64,000 bases of DNA, taken from Strigamia acuminata. Taxonomy: Eukaryota. Below the pieces are notes generated by a model that was given only the letters and a program-made list of their open reading frames with translations, ran no database searches and was not told where the DNA came from. Positions 24,801-39,800 of the stretch are shown here, piece by piece. The translations under genes and the position numbers were made by a program. The first letter of the stretch is position 1, and every line of letters begins with the position of its first letter. The stretch covers positions 10,168,001 through 10,232,000 of the forward strand of contig OX442314.1 in NCBI GenBank assembly GCA_949358305.1. The letters are read 5' to 3'.

Positions 24801-27800
24801 ATTGGTCGGGCATCGATTGCACATCATCAATCGATGGCTCTTTCCATAGCGAATCACGTGCGTGTTAAGGATGTTTAATATTTTATAGTTTCTTAATATT
24901 TTATTGAAATGTCACTCGCTTAAGTGAAATTGATTTGATTTTCGTTCCATGTCGTGTCCGTAGCGGTTTTCCCTGACACCACGCATGGGCCCGACGCGTG
25001 CTCAGTGCACACATCCAAGCTACCCGGACACCAGATACCACCTACACTCTCCGACCGAGAGCAACGAGAGCAGGTATGAGACATTTATTTTGTTTTTGGA
25101 AGGATTTTGATGAATAGACGTTCGAGTTTTTGTCGCGGCTAGAAATGACTAGCGCTTCCCTGCGGAAATCACACAAATAATAGCTTTGTCTCGGGCATGG
25201 CGTTTGATCTAAATATTTAACGGAACTTTGTGACTAGTTCTTTTATTTCTATTTGTTAGTTTGTTTATTTATTTATTTATTTAATCGCACTCCAAAGGAG
25301 GAAAAAGAAATAAGATACAAGTGAGGTACAATAATTATGAGTTTGGATCAAGTAGGATGCACAACTTAACTTATGTCTGCTCACGTTTGCAAAATTGGTG
25401 GTCAGTTGTGCTTTGATTGGCTCTTGGCTGTCAGGTGATCGTCAAGATCCAATCAAATTCAACTATGACACATACTATACTCTGTCCCGATAAAACGTTG
25501 TCCTATTTCTTGTGCTCTACTACGTGGAAAAGTAGTTCTGTTTATTTTCAATGAATTTTAGTGTAAAAAGTGATTAGAATGATGGATTTTATTTAATTGG
25601 TAATGAAATATGTTTTTTATTTGCCAAAATGAGCTTTTTTTTTCTTTTTAATCAATCAAACAATGTTAGCATAGGTTGTTGGTTTCTTTTGTTGTTGTCT
25701 GACTTCAAGTTGTGAACATATTTGTATTTGATGGAGTCTAAAGTGTTTCAGTTCAAGTGGTGCAGTGATGGGTGAAAATGAAATGATAGTTTAAACATGA
25801 AAAGTTTCAAAGTAATTTGATTAAATTTGCACTTGTCTTCACTGGTTTAGCCTGACAGCCATGGTGGAAAAAAGTAATCACTTTTCTATTAATATTTTAA
25901 AAAATCTAAAATTCACACACCAAATTATTAATTTATATTTTTTTAAAGTTAATTTAGGTTGACATTTAGAATTTAATTGGTTTTTATTTTTTTTTGTTTT
26001 GTTTTTAATAATTGGATTTCTATTTTTCCATATAAATTGTATTGTGTTGTTTTGGCATTGGAAAAATTAAAATAGGAGAAAACAAAATTGTGGAAAACAA
26101 CAAAAATTCTTTGATAACATGTTAAAAGCCTGTGAAAATGTCACAGGTTATTGATTAAAGTTTTGTTTTTCTGATATAATTGAGATTGAAATTTAATCAT
26201 TTAGTTTATAAGGGTTATCGATCGATAAATTTGAAAGAAAAAGAAGATTTTTATTGCACAATGTTAATGGAAAAAAAAACAAATAGGTTTAAAAAAGAAT
26301 GACTCATCTCATGTTCCCTTTTTACTTTTTATTAAAAATTTATTTTTAGATTTAAGGCTTCATTCAGTTTTATTGCACGTGCCACAATAAAAAAAAAATC
26401 TTAAATAAGTATACCGTATTCCCATTTTTCAATAAGAATCTTCTATTTATCAAACACAGACTGAATTTCATAATAAAAAGATTACTATCTAATAAATTAT
26501 GATTGAAATGACATGTTAATGGTAAATATCAAAGCGAAGAATCTAGTTGAAATATAGAAGAAATAGTATCTCTTTTCAACATGTTAGACCAGGGGAATCC
26601 AATCTTTATTATGACTGAAAAAGATCCGAAAGAATCCTGGACTGCGAATCATAGCGCAGACAGATCTTCCGATTGCCAGTCGGGTATACTAACCATTATA
26701 CTATCGAGGACTTTTCTCAAGCCAGTTCAAGGCACGGGCACTGTGGGCAACCAACTAAGGTCTCAAGAATGTACTGGATAATGAGAAATTGAGGTTACCG
26801 CAATTGGAACGTACTTATTACTCTATTTTTACCCACTTTGATTAAAAGAGAAATTGGACTATTGTATTTGTGTTCCATGCCCTGAGCTGGCCTTGACTCC
26901 ACTAGAACATATAGCTCTTAGTACATTTGAGGAATCGACGTTTTGCACGTCATTTCACTCGCTACGAATCAATCTATTGGTAATCTGAGACGGATGCCCA
27001 ACTCCCTGACATCATTATTTTATTGGAAAAGCCAGTGCATGCAGGCTGAGGGAGGCTACCAATGACAGCTTTGAGCTTATTTTGAATTTATATTTTAGAG
27101 TTATTAATTTTTATGGCATTTCCACCTGCTGAGCGGCCACTGTTCTTCTAATTGAAATCGTACAGAAGATTTACTGCTAACGCACAGCTGGACCCGAAAT
27201 GTGCGGTGGGAATTAGAAATATCTTGAGAGTTAAAAGTAAACAGAAATAATAGATGAGATAGTTTTGCATCCAATAATCCAAGAGGAAAATTCTAATCTC
27301 ATGGAAATTGCAATGAATTTCAGTGAAACTTGAAAAATGCTCCATTTGGTAGCTCTGCATTAAAAGTACCTAACGGTGCCTTTGCACTTTGCCGGCTCCA
27401 TCCATCCAAATCCGATAATGTCCCCCTGATTAAAGTGCTATAGTGTTCAAAGTAGATAGAGAAGGAAGTGGGGTTGGACTGGGTTGGGTATTGTTCACTC
27501 ACTGTACAGTAGGAACAACAGCTTGGGAGAAAAGCCGATACCGACATTTAGCATATTCAGCCCAGAGTTTTCTAGTTAGTAGACATGTAGGAAATGGCAT
27601 AATAACATAGGCTAGAATAACATAGAACCATTTTGTATTCATGTTGATATAACTTACCCACGTATGAAGCAAATCTATTGTCCACACATCCTGAAGGTTC
27701 CGTTCCTTTTTCGAATGTTTATCCATGAGCGAAAAATCAATACCAGAAGGGAAATTGTTTTGACAATTACAGTTACATTTGAATCTTGTGCGTAAGTGAC

Positions 27801-30800
27801 TTTCATTCGGTGACGACCTGTCCAACACAATGGTGACCACTCTTAACCCTTTCACTGTCAAACTTGTTAATGTAGGTTGTGTCTGACACTGAGGCTGTGT
27901 GGTTACAAAAATACCCAACACTGAAAGGGTTAAAAAGGTTTTGTGAATGCAAATTACCTGAATGAAGAGGGCGGAAAGTTATCTTTACGTAAACTTTTTA
28001 CTAATAGACCTTTGGAAAAATGAGGCCAGGTGATACGATCATGTGATCGGAACAATGGTTGCCCCTCTCTGAGAAAAACCATTGCAAAATAACATTATAA
28101 CATTAGTTTTTTTTCATTGTGGGTGGAGCCAAACTGACGCTGGTTTCCATTTCCGTTGCAATGATTGTCGTCTTATACCATGTTCACACCAATGGATCGA
28201 GTTTGGCTGGGATCAGATCCAACTGAACAGAGTTCCAATATTCACTTGAATGGAGTTGTGTTCACACCAAAATGTGATTCAATCAAACCAAACCGGGTTT
28301 TAGTAGCAACAGGTTTTAGAAACACCTCACTACAATGGCTGCCATTTTATTATCGAATAATGCGCAACAATGGAATGCTACAGACTGGTGACATTGTTTA
28401 ATGAATTCCAATCCAAATCCAATCGTCAAATCTTGTTGTGGGAACTCAACTGAAGTATGTAGTTGTTGGGCACCCGGATCTATACTCAAAACCACCCCAA
28501 CGTTGATCTATTTCAGCCGGTTTACGCCTAACTGTACTGTGTTCTACTAAGCGGAATAGTAGTTCTGTGTCAAAGCATCACCTTTGACAATGTTGGTAAT
28601 CGAGCACAATGTCTGGAGTTCGATTACAATTCTGGTGTTTTGGACTACTTTTTTGTGCCACTACACCAGTGAAATAGATCAATGTTGGGGTGGTTTTGAG
28701 TATAGATCTGTGAACGGAGTTCAGTGTTCACACCAATCTTGGATCTAGATCCGCAGCTTCGGATGAGATCCAAAAGCTTGGTGTGGACATGGTCGTATAA
28801 GACAAGGAATACAATTCGATTTCACTTTCAACGACGTTATTGGAAGAATTCTTTTTTCGATGGTAAAACATTCTGTTTTAGCTGACGGAAACAGTTTGTG
28901 CAGGATGATTTTAATTCCTTCAGTGATTTCATTGTCTTTTTATACTTTCTTGACTATAAATTTGCTGTTCTTTTCTAGCAATGTGAGTGGTTGCCACAGA
29001 TGGGTTTCACTCTAGCCTCCAGCCTCAAAAGAACTCACTCTTGGAGGTGCAGATTGAATTGTTGAAATTGTCTTTTTGTTTATCTTTTGTTTGGACAAGG
29101 ACAATTTGATTACATTCTCATCAATTTTTAAGCGTTTTAACTGATTAAATTAAAATTTGTTTTGTTGCTACAGTGAATGGAAACTGAAACTTTCAATGGC
29201 TGTGTGCACCTTTTTTTAAGCTATTGATTGAAGTACATGCATCTTAATTTTTATGCATATAAAGACATAAATACAATTTCTTTTCAAGAATTTCACTTCA
29301 ATGCTTCACCATTGAAAGGCATTGAATTGACAAAGTGCTTTCAATCTCCACTTTCAAAAATGCATTTTTTTTTGTATCTGAAATACCTTTCAGCTGCAGA
29401 TGTAATGGTTTTTTTTTTATTTTATCAATTTTGAAAGATACTTACAAATAGAGGCATGAATTGTTTCCTTTTAGAGTTGCCATATGGTTCACACGTTTGT
29501 TCATGCCACACCAGACATCAGTGGGGTAGCAAGCAGGCCTACCTTTACCATTGGGCTAACTGGGCTGCAGCCCAGGGGCACCGGGCACAGGGGGGCGCCG
29601 GACACAGGGGCTCGATGGGCACAGAAGGGCGCCGGGCACAGAAAAGTGCTGGGCAAGGGGCGTCTGAGTTTTATTAGCCCAGGGTGCTGAAAAGTGTAAA
29701 AACGGCCCTGGTAGCAAGGGTGCCTACCGTATTACCCCGCTGTTAGCCGCATGCCATTGGACATAGGTTTTGGCACTTGCGGCTTTGTGTATGGCCTTTT
29801 GGACCATCTGTACTTCGTGGGTTTATTTTTTTCACAATTATGCACCTCTCAATAATCCAAGAACGATGACCCAAAACAAGCAGGTTGCGTTTGTGTAACA
29901 TCAAAATTGCGTGAGGTTGACGCTAATTTGAAGTGAAAGCTCACGCAATGTGGCTTGCGTTTAACCAGTGAGAATCATTTAAATTTTTACGAACTCATGT
30001 TTGTGGAGACGAGATAGTACACTCTTGTTTGAGTCAAAAGAGTTCTTTCTCCCATTGGCCGAGCCATTTTACTGGTGTAGTAATCCAAAAAATAGACCCA
30101 AACACCAGAATGGCATTACAATGTACAGACATTGTAATCGATTACAGGCTTGTCATCTTATTGCATACTATCAAGCCTTTAAAGTACGCAAGAAGAGACC
30201 AGTCACTTCTTTAAGTCAAATAAGTGATTTCAATTTCACGTGATGTTATTTGAATTCTTTCAAGTTGACTTCTCAGAGATATGATATAAAAGAAAAAACG
30301 TTATATCCTTGTTTGAAGAAGTCATTTCAGACGAATAAGTCAATTTGCTTTTTGAAGATTGAACGTGGCTAGAACAAACAACCCGTAACGAAAATACCAT
30401 TAACATCGGCTAACTTCTGCTTGACCGCTATCACCCCCATTAAATGCAACAAGAAACTGCTGTAGTTCGCACCCAGTACCTTGATGTCAAATTCAAACTG
30501 CGCATCACATTCTGAGCACAAAGGAAATGAAATAGCAAAATTTGCAATATATCGTTTGCGATATCTCATTGCGAACTTTGAACGAAGTTCACGTTCACCA
30601 TGTTTGATGATGAAAACGTTGCAAAATGTTAGTTTAAATGTTTAGATGATGTTTTCATCATCAAAACATTTATTTCTATACTCTTTCCTCACTCAAGTGG
30701 AGCCCTGGAAGCTGGGCTCCCATTGGCCAAGCCATTTCACTTGAGTACTGATACAAAAAGAAGACCCAAAACACCAGACTCAATACAAAATTCAAATACC

Positions 30801-33800
30801 ATGTGCTTTCTAGACAAAGCAAGCACTAAAATAAAAAACAATTCGTTTTAACTAAAAAAAACATAAAACTTTATTTCAAAGATAGAAAAAACATTTTATT
30901 ACATAATAACAATCAATGTACAACCATAATTATTCACGAATAGACTAAAAATCATAAGGAACTACTTTTCCTAGTAGCAGTAGTTCAACTGCAGTTCTGA
31001 GTAATTAAATAGGGCCAATGGGAGCCCAGCTTCCAGGGCTCCTCTTGAGTGCGGAAGAAGTATAATCACTTTTTCCTACGAAAGCGAACGCGAACGCATT
31101 CACATGGTCATGAACGTGAACTTGAACGCATTCACAATTTAGTGAACGAGATACAACGCTGCAAATGTGCGATACACAATTTCAAAAATTGCATTGCGAT
31201 ATGTCGCAATTTTGCACAGGCCTAACTTGCTGTATGACTAACATCAAGATAGAAGGACATTGGCTGATCAGATTCAGTCTATTCACGTCCACCTGGTGTC
31301 AACATAACCAATCTGGTAGTAGATATAAGTTAGAAGGAAATTGGCTGTCATCTTTGCTGTGTTTTTGTTAAATGTCGGTTGGTTAACTTCGCCGCAATCA
31401 GATATGAAGAAAGTCATAAAAAATGAATGTGTAGCAACAAGTTCCAGATAATCCAAAGCACCGAATCTTTGCCAAACGTGATGTTTGTCGGTGTGTTGGG
31501 GGAGTTTTGGTTTCGCTTTTAATGATGTACTATTTTGTAAACAAGTTTTCTTTATACTGAATGGAGGAATCAACGGCTCGATTAGAAGGGCCATTTTCGC
31601 CACATTATACGAGCTAACTTGTTTTTCTCACTGAACGACCTCGGATGTGCTGAAAGAGGGAAAAAAAAATTTTTTCTTTACAATTTAATTCTAAATTAAG
31701 AAGCATTAAATAATGACAAGTTGTTAAAGCCCTATTAGTGCTCCCGTTTCTATAACACAATGCGGATTAAATTTGAAATCCCTTAGAACGATATACAAGT
31801 GCACAAAATGTTATAGCTGTTCTACAATGCTACAGATGTCTTACCGTATTAATTTTTTAGATTGAAAATTGATTTTTTTGGACAAAAGATTGATTTTTTA
31901 GACAAAAAATTCATTTTTTGGACCGAAAATTCATTTTTTGGACCAAAAATTCATTTTTTGGACCAAAAATTCATTTTTTGGACCAAAAATTCATTTTTTG
32001 GACCAAAAATTTATTTTTTGGATCAAAAATTCATTTTTTGGACCGAAAATTTATTTATTTTTTCCAAAAATTCATTTATTGGACCGAAAATTTAATTTTT
32101 GAACCGAAAATTTATTTTTTCGACCGAAAATTCATTTTTCGACCGAAAATTCATTTTTGGACCGAAAAATCATTTTTTGGACCGAAAAATCATTTTATTC
32201 TGTCGATAAAGAGATGTTAACAAGAAAATGTGGGACTTTGGGAGTGATGGAAGGAATACCTGAGACGTGAAAGAAAAAGATTTTTTTTCTCATGTGTTTC
32301 AGTTGGCTTAATCCTATTGCTTTTTGATGCCAAGTTGGGTTATACAATTTGTAACGATCGAATGTTTCAAACAAATCAAGTTAATGTATACACTGCTTTG
32401 CATGTCTTTGCCTTTGTGTTAGACGTTCCTTGACAGGAAGCGATACGTGGCTTCAACGCGAGTGAATAAAGCAAGCTGAAATGTGAAATCCCCCGTCCAA
32501 TTTGAGCACGCGCACCCTCGGAATCTGCAGAATTACGTTTAAGCGCCATCGTGTCTGAAGGATAATTATTTATTTATATTTTCAAACAGACGTGGAAAAT
32601 ATTTGATAAGACCGCCTCTCGAGGCGGGTATTTTATTTTTATTTTATTATTTTTTTTCTCTTTCGACGTTTTAGGATTATTTTTAAAAAAATATATATAA
32701 AATTTATGGCGAATTTATTTTTCTTTTTTTGTCTCTACGACAAATTGGTCTGCGGATTACAATAGGGAATATATCATTCGTGAAGAATTGGGTGGATATT
32801 CACTTTAATCTTGTAGTTTGAACATATTTCGAACATTAGGCTTAAAAAGATGTAGCGGCGGCCATTACCGTGCGGATCTGCCGTGAAATATTATTCGTTT
32901 TTTTTTTTTTTTAAAATGAGAAAATATAAAATATAAAAATATAAAAAAAAAGAATTGTTTACAACATTTATTTATTTTTAATTTTATGCCTTTTTTTTAT
33001 ATTTTTTATATTTTATTGTTCTGTAATTCCGCACCAAATTAGAAAAGATGGCGGCGTTGAAACACCGAATCCACCTGTAGAATTTCTATTATTACCGCGT
33101 TTAAACGCGAATTTAATTCACCCAGCTCAAAGAAAGACAAGTGAGAAAGTTTAGTATGCACGACCAAGCATCCGATTGATCATCCTTGAACAAACAAAAC
33201 GCCCACATTTGTGTTGACAGTTACTCGACTCGCTTCCATCGATGTAAACAACTCCCGCCATGGCCGAATTACATCACGTGACCTTTTCACCCTCCACTGC
33301 GCATGTGTAAATCACACAGAATTAAATTAATCCCAAAAAAAAAATTTTTTTTTAAAAATGTTTTTCACAAACATTAATTAAAAAATTGGAAATTTAATTC
33401 GTCATTATTTTCAGTCTCCTCGACAGGTTCTCCAAGGAGTAGGTAGTGACCATAGCAACGGTAACAAACTACCGGCCATCAGTCGCGACGAGAGACGAGC
33501 GAGCAACATCCGAGAGGATTGTGGGAAGACAGCGATAGCAGCGCCACCGCCACAAGTCCAAGAGCGAGAACGGGCGGCGAACAAAGAAAGCGAGAAGATC
33601 ATCCGCGAGTTGCCAGACTCGGGTGTACAGGAGACAATGAAGGGAATGAAGCAAGACGAGTCCGCCCGCCTTCACAAGGCGCAAAATGCGGCGCAAAATC
33701 AACGTTTTCGCGACCAAGTCACGTTCACCGTCAGCTGCTTCGACGACGACCTGGCGGCCGACAATGCGGCCGAGCCCGGCAACAACGCGCAGCGGCAGCG

Positions 33801-36800
33801 GCAGCGGCGACAGCCGAACACCGTCGATACGTGTGTTAGTATTGTGATCGATCCGGTCGAGGAGGAACAGATTGGTCATTTAGACGAGCTGAATGAGCAG
33901 ATTAAGAGTCTGGCTCATCCCACAACACCTGATTCAGGTAAACATTGCGAGTTTTGGCTGCTTTTTAGTGCTTTTTCTATGGGGATTAACACGGTTCGTC
34001 TTGACGGTGCGAAGTGTGACGTCATAGGTAGAACCGTCTGAGTCTTTATGATGTGCGGTATCTAATGGGAGACGGTTTATTCGGTCAGGGTAAATAGATG
34101 CGGGGGATGAAGTGGTGAAGGGGGTTGGGGCGGTGAGTGATTTAGGTTGGGAAATTAAAAATGTTATAGTTTGATGGTAATGGCGTAATTTGTCGTGGGG
34201 AATGGCTCGTTTTGTTTGTTAATCGTGTTGACGGAGTGCGAATTTAAGCCAGGCAGGTGAGATCGTAAAAAGGGGAATTGTTGTTAAGGGGTTTCGTTAA
34301 ATTGTAATATTCTGTAATTTTTTTATTAATTACAAAATCAATGATTTTTGATGCCGTCAAATTCAATCGTGGGATTTTGTATTTGTGAGATTCATAAATT
34401 CTGAAAATAGTCACGTGACCCAACCAATCAATTGAGATAAAATAAAGTGTTTACGAATACGTAGATTTTAAAAATTAGTTAGAAATAACGATGTTTTTCA
34501 TACTTGCATCGTTTTGTTTTGTGTTTGACAAGTCTCGAAATCGCTTGCTGAAATCGAAGAAACTACTTTTGGCTGATTTTGCAGTTTTCGTCGTTTCTGT
34601 TTTTGCAATTATGCAAATGATTGGTGGAACTGATATCACGTGACAAATCCAAAACTGTTAAAATTTAAAAATTACAGAATATACCATTGGAAAAATGAGG
34701 TCAGGTGATACGATCATGTGAGACAAACCATTGTAAAGTAACTTTAAAAACATCGTCAATTTGTTGTTTTCTTATTGCGGGCGGAGTCAAACTGCATTAC
34801 ATCATAATTTTCCAATGGTCTATTGCTTCTTATTAATCGTTATCGCGAATTTCCCGCTATTTCTTTAAGGTGGGGGTGGTAATAATTTTTATTTTTTTTT
34901 TTTGTTGGGGTCGGATTGGTTCTTTTATTTAAGTATTGAATTGATGGTTGGTTGATCTGTAGATGACAGAAGCAGACTATTGCTTTTAAGTTGGAATGGA
35001 TGGTGAATGGAAGACTGAATTGGTTGCAGGGGTGGTGTTGTGCAGGGTTCCTTCTTATTAGAAATCGATGTCATTTCAGAATTGAGGAGATTTTCTAAAA
35101 TTAAAGAAGAAATTGCCTTTTTTTTTTTTTTTTTAATCTTTTGCTCTCGCTCTCTCTATCTCTTCTTTTCATTTTGAATTAAAAATCTGTCAAAACTTTT
35201 GAAATGAATGTCTCATTTAATTTAATTCCATTTTGAATTTTTTTCTTCTTCTAGTTAACCCAGTAACTGAGGATCCATTTGTCAATCCAGAAATCAAACT
35301 CCAATCCATTCTGGTAAGGATAACTTTTATTGCTGTAAATCAAATTCCCATTGACTTTTTTATCTCATGCTCATCAAAGATCCAATGTAGAAAAGGTTAA
35401 TTCCTTAGATACCTGCAGGTTATGGGCTTGGAAACCCCTTGAAAAACAGTGAGAAAATTAGATCTGTACAAATCCTGATTGACTCGAAGAGCACTTGTTG
35501 TGCAAAATGTTTTGTTTTGCAGGGCTGTAATACTTGTTTCGTGGGGTTTTCGAAATTAACCCTTGAAGCAGGGGTGCGACAACCAGAAACTGCGTGTCGG
35601 AGATTCAAATCTTTGGATTTGGATGGGATTTTGATGGGATTGGGAAAGATTTAGATGATTATTTTAATAAAAAAGTGGAAAATATTTTAACTTTTGTCCA
35701 ATTTTCGACAAAAAATTCAAAATTTTTATAAAATGTAAAGATTCGGAACGGGGATTCGAAAGCCCATGTCAGAGATTCGGCTGAATGTCGAACCCCCTGA
35801 CTTGAATTCAGTTAGCTAACAGTTTGGTGCAGAGTTAATGACTGTAGGATTTAAAACCTTAATGCAAGCGCTTAGCGAGCGAACCTTTGGCACTTCGATG
35901 AAATTTTGCCTATCAGCACAAGTTTTCTTCCACGAAACCCAATTGTCTCGATGATGACCACACCCCGGTGGTCTCAAAGAAGCAATAGCGCATCTTCTGG
36001 TTGACGTCATCGCAGTGGACTTGGTCAGGTGACTGGAGATCAATAGAGTGGCATAGTTCTTGTGAGTTTCTTCAGGGCTGCAACCTTAAAAGACCGTCTT
36101 GGTGACATCGGCAGTGTTGCAAGCGTTACCGTTAGACCTTGTGCCTTTAGGGTCATGACCATGCTAAATCCTAAATGCTGATTTTATTCAGCTGAAGGAA
36201 GTTGTCTTTTTAATCTTTGGTGTGGCACGGGTGTTAGAACGCTTCTGCGGCGAACGAACCGTTAGTGTTAGTGTATTTTGTGTGGCTCAAGACAATTCCT
36301 CTTCTTCCAATGTGGCTCGGGGAAGCCAAAAGGTTGGACACCCGTGTTGTAGACGTTTGAATTTCACATGGGATTCAGTAAATACTCTATCGGAGGATTT
36401 AGCATTCTTCCTTTATAAGCGGAACTTGCAATTAAAAGTCGGGTCATGAATATGTATGAGTAATATTAAACACTCATGCATATTCATTTTAAAGAGCGGT
36501 ACATCTAAACGTTGGATTTTAGAGGGATCGATTTTTCCTTTGTACACAGAAGTTTGTTTTCCAATTACATTTGTTTGAAATTCCGCTTGGGATTCGGATT
36601 TTCGTATACGCTTAAGGAAGTTAAACAAAATTTGAAATGTTAAACCTTTGTTTTGGCGTAGAAAGTGTAGGTGTTGGATTTATAATTGAAAGTTTGCTTT
36701 ATTCCCTGCCGAGAGTCCGGTCTGTCGTGATAAGAGCCGAATAAGCTTCTCCGCAGTGCATCATCTACTTAGATGGGATTTGCACAGTTATTTGAAGGGT

Positions 36801-39800
36801 TGCAACAATGGTCATGACCTCATTTCTTTAAGCAAATCGCTATCAGAAATTAGAAATGGCAATTTTTGCTGCCAGGAGAAAATAACATGGCATTCTTGTC
36901 TATTCTGTCCGAAGTTAAGCTGTGTACTCATAAGCAGTTTCCTATGTAGGAAACCAGTCTGCCAACAGAAATTTTGCCTACAGAAAAACTGGTACTCACA
37001 AATTTGATTCCAGTCTTGGAATGTCTAAGATATGTTCTGTGACATAAAAAATTAACTTTCTGGCGTGTCGATGCAGCGGAAAGCTGATCTTCGTTTCCAG
37101 GCACAGAAACTTCTGTGGCACTGAAAATAGCGATCGGTTTTGATTCTTGACAATTTGCGATCGGTCGTAATTTTTTTAACCGGTCTCAAATATGGCAGCA
37201 ATCAGTTCTGCCAACAAATGCAAACAACTGTATATTCTATTTATAAAAATAGATTATTAGTTTATAAATAAAATGACTAATTAAAAACACACTAGCAATC
37301 CTATTCATCCTAACTCCAAAAGTAGCCTTCAAAATTTTCATTGGCATCCATCTTGTTTCTTTTTCATGGCCATTCAGCATTTCTTTTCTGTTGCATAGAG
37401 CTGTGAGTACCACAAAAAGTCTGGTGTGACTGACTGGCACATGTTCTGCTACCAGATGATTCTGTCAAGTCTATACATATAGAAAAGTCTGTGAGCATAC
37501 ACTTCTGTTAGCAGATGATCTTATGAGTACTAAACTTTAGGACTGGTTAGGCAAAATAGCTAACTCGTAAGTGCGGCACAGGTCCTAACCTATAGACCTA
37601 ACGTCCTAAGTGGCTCCACTACTTTGAAAGCTTGCTAGGCTTACTATAGAGGTAGTATAAATCATTACCAGGGCCACATTAACCATTCTGCTTAAAGGGA
37701 TGCAGCTTAGGACACCAGTAGTGCTGGACTGGCCCAGCAGGATACCATGAAGCTGCGAATTTTTTTTCCTTTGTTGTGGCCCGATAAATTTGTTCCAGTG
37801 GCTCGACCTGTCCAGATTTCCTGGTAGTAAATTTGTTCCCAGTCCAGTCTTGGGCACTAGGTGTCTCCTGTTACATAGGTGGTTGTATTTGTACGAAAAG
37901 GGGCAAGGGGCACCTGATATTTTTAACCCTGGGCTGTAGTCGCTACTGTAGTGCAATTGATATGCAGTGAGAAAATATAATTTTTCCCTGTTAATAGATA
38001 CTTTCTATTAATACACAGAAGAAGAGATTTGTATCACCGGCTCTTATCTGTCATCTTTTTCGTAAATTGAGATTCATTCTTTGTTCAGTGGGAAGAAAAA
38101 TAATTATAAAGATGGACGGGTATTGGAGAAATGTGTAATGAATCCAGATGAATGAACCATGGGAAGAGAGGTCACAGTTTCCATTAGTTGTTGGACAAAT
38201 AGAGAAATCAATTGAGAGACTATTCACTTGCAGCATAAGGGAATGACAACTGGGATATTGGGGGTATGGATTTATTGTTCCTGACAATGATTGGTGGAGA
38301 AAAGCAGTGCCACTTTGGTTGTAGTGGCAGAAATGAAAGTAACTTGCAGGTATGTGGAGACGTGAAATTGTTCTGTCGGTGCATGACAGTCCGGCACTTA
38401 ATGGTGGCACAGTCTTCCCCATTCTGGGAATCAAATGATTCATTTGAAGAAGTTGAGATTATTAATCTCTCCAAGCTTGCGCTGTGCAATTATCCTTATT
38501 GATTTTTGTCTCTGGAAGCCTGCAACTAAGATCTTATCTTCAACTGCACTGCAAATAATTGAATTTCTTTGGAGAGTTATTGTGAATTAAATGTTTCTTT
38601 TTTTAACTTTGTGATTGTGCTGGATACAGTTAAAGAGCATTAGAGTTTGCATGAAATGGCTGTCTCTCTTGGCTTACTGTAATTGAACAAGAGTGCTTCA
38701 GCTTAACTCAGTTAGAGGTGTGCTGCTGCTCATTCACATTGATCAGAAAGCCCAGGATTTTCATTGGCCCCACACAGAAAAGAAATTGTTAGCTCAAACT
38801 GTATGGGGAAAATGCATTTACTGCATTCCATCTTGAAGGGTAAAATGACTTTTCTGGCTTTTATTGCTTTTATGAGATGTTTTGCATCGTGGTCAAGGTA
38901 AGATGACTCGGTGGCAGTTAAGGCCGGTTCGGCGGAATCGCACCTAAAAAATACCGGATTGCTTCACTTTAGCAACACCGTTTTAGCGATGCCGTTTTTA
39001 AGGTGCTTAGATGCAGTTAGGTTAGGTTAGGTTAGGTTAAATTAGGTTGAAAAACGGCGTCGCTAAAGTGAAGTACAGTCAAAATTCTTTATAACGAATA
39101 GCAAGGGATCTGAAAAATCGATTCGTTATAACGAGAATTCGTTATATCGAATTTTTTTAACATGGTGTTCTATGGCCAGCCAACCAAACCGGCCATTTTT
39201 AGGTATTCGTTATATCGATAATTCGTTATATCGCGATTCGTTATAAAGAGTTTTGACTGTATGTCCAAAATACGTCAATGGCGCAAAATAGATGTGTAGG
39301 CGGTTCACGCTTGTGTCACGAGTCGCCAGTGGTTTATTGCCAAACAATCCCACAATTCCACAATCAAATATGTTGTTGTTTGATTTGACGTCACTGCATC
39401 AGCGATGATTGACTGCGGGGAAAAATAATAGAAAGTATTCCTATTCTGAAGATCCGCGTTTTGTTGCTGTTACAGTCTGTTGCCCTGCCTGTCTTTTTCG
39501 TTGGTCTAATGTGGTTGTTGACGTAGAGCTACGTCTAGGAGGTCAATCAAACACCACCCATGCAGTGGAAGTAATAACCAGAATAAACAATACCACGATG
39601 GCAAACAATTTCAGAATAAACAGTGCCACATTTGAAAGCAATTCCCATCAAGAGATGGCACTAAAAACACAATAAACAATGTAGTTCTTCGTTGTGGTAC
39701 AGTTACTACTTTTGAATCTCTTTTATAGGGGGGGGGGTGGCCTTGCATTTACGCATTTGCCTCGCACTTGCTAAAACACAAGTTTTCATCTGTACTGTGA

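Noticed and set aside
33469..33879. Minus-strand 136-aa ORF and alternative-frame 106-aa ORF
   Set aside because: Shadows of the real coding exon 33415-33937.
39017..39048. (TTAGG)n as a telomeric or interstitial telomere tract
   Set aside because: Only about 4-5 units, located inside a MITE, where such motifs are common.
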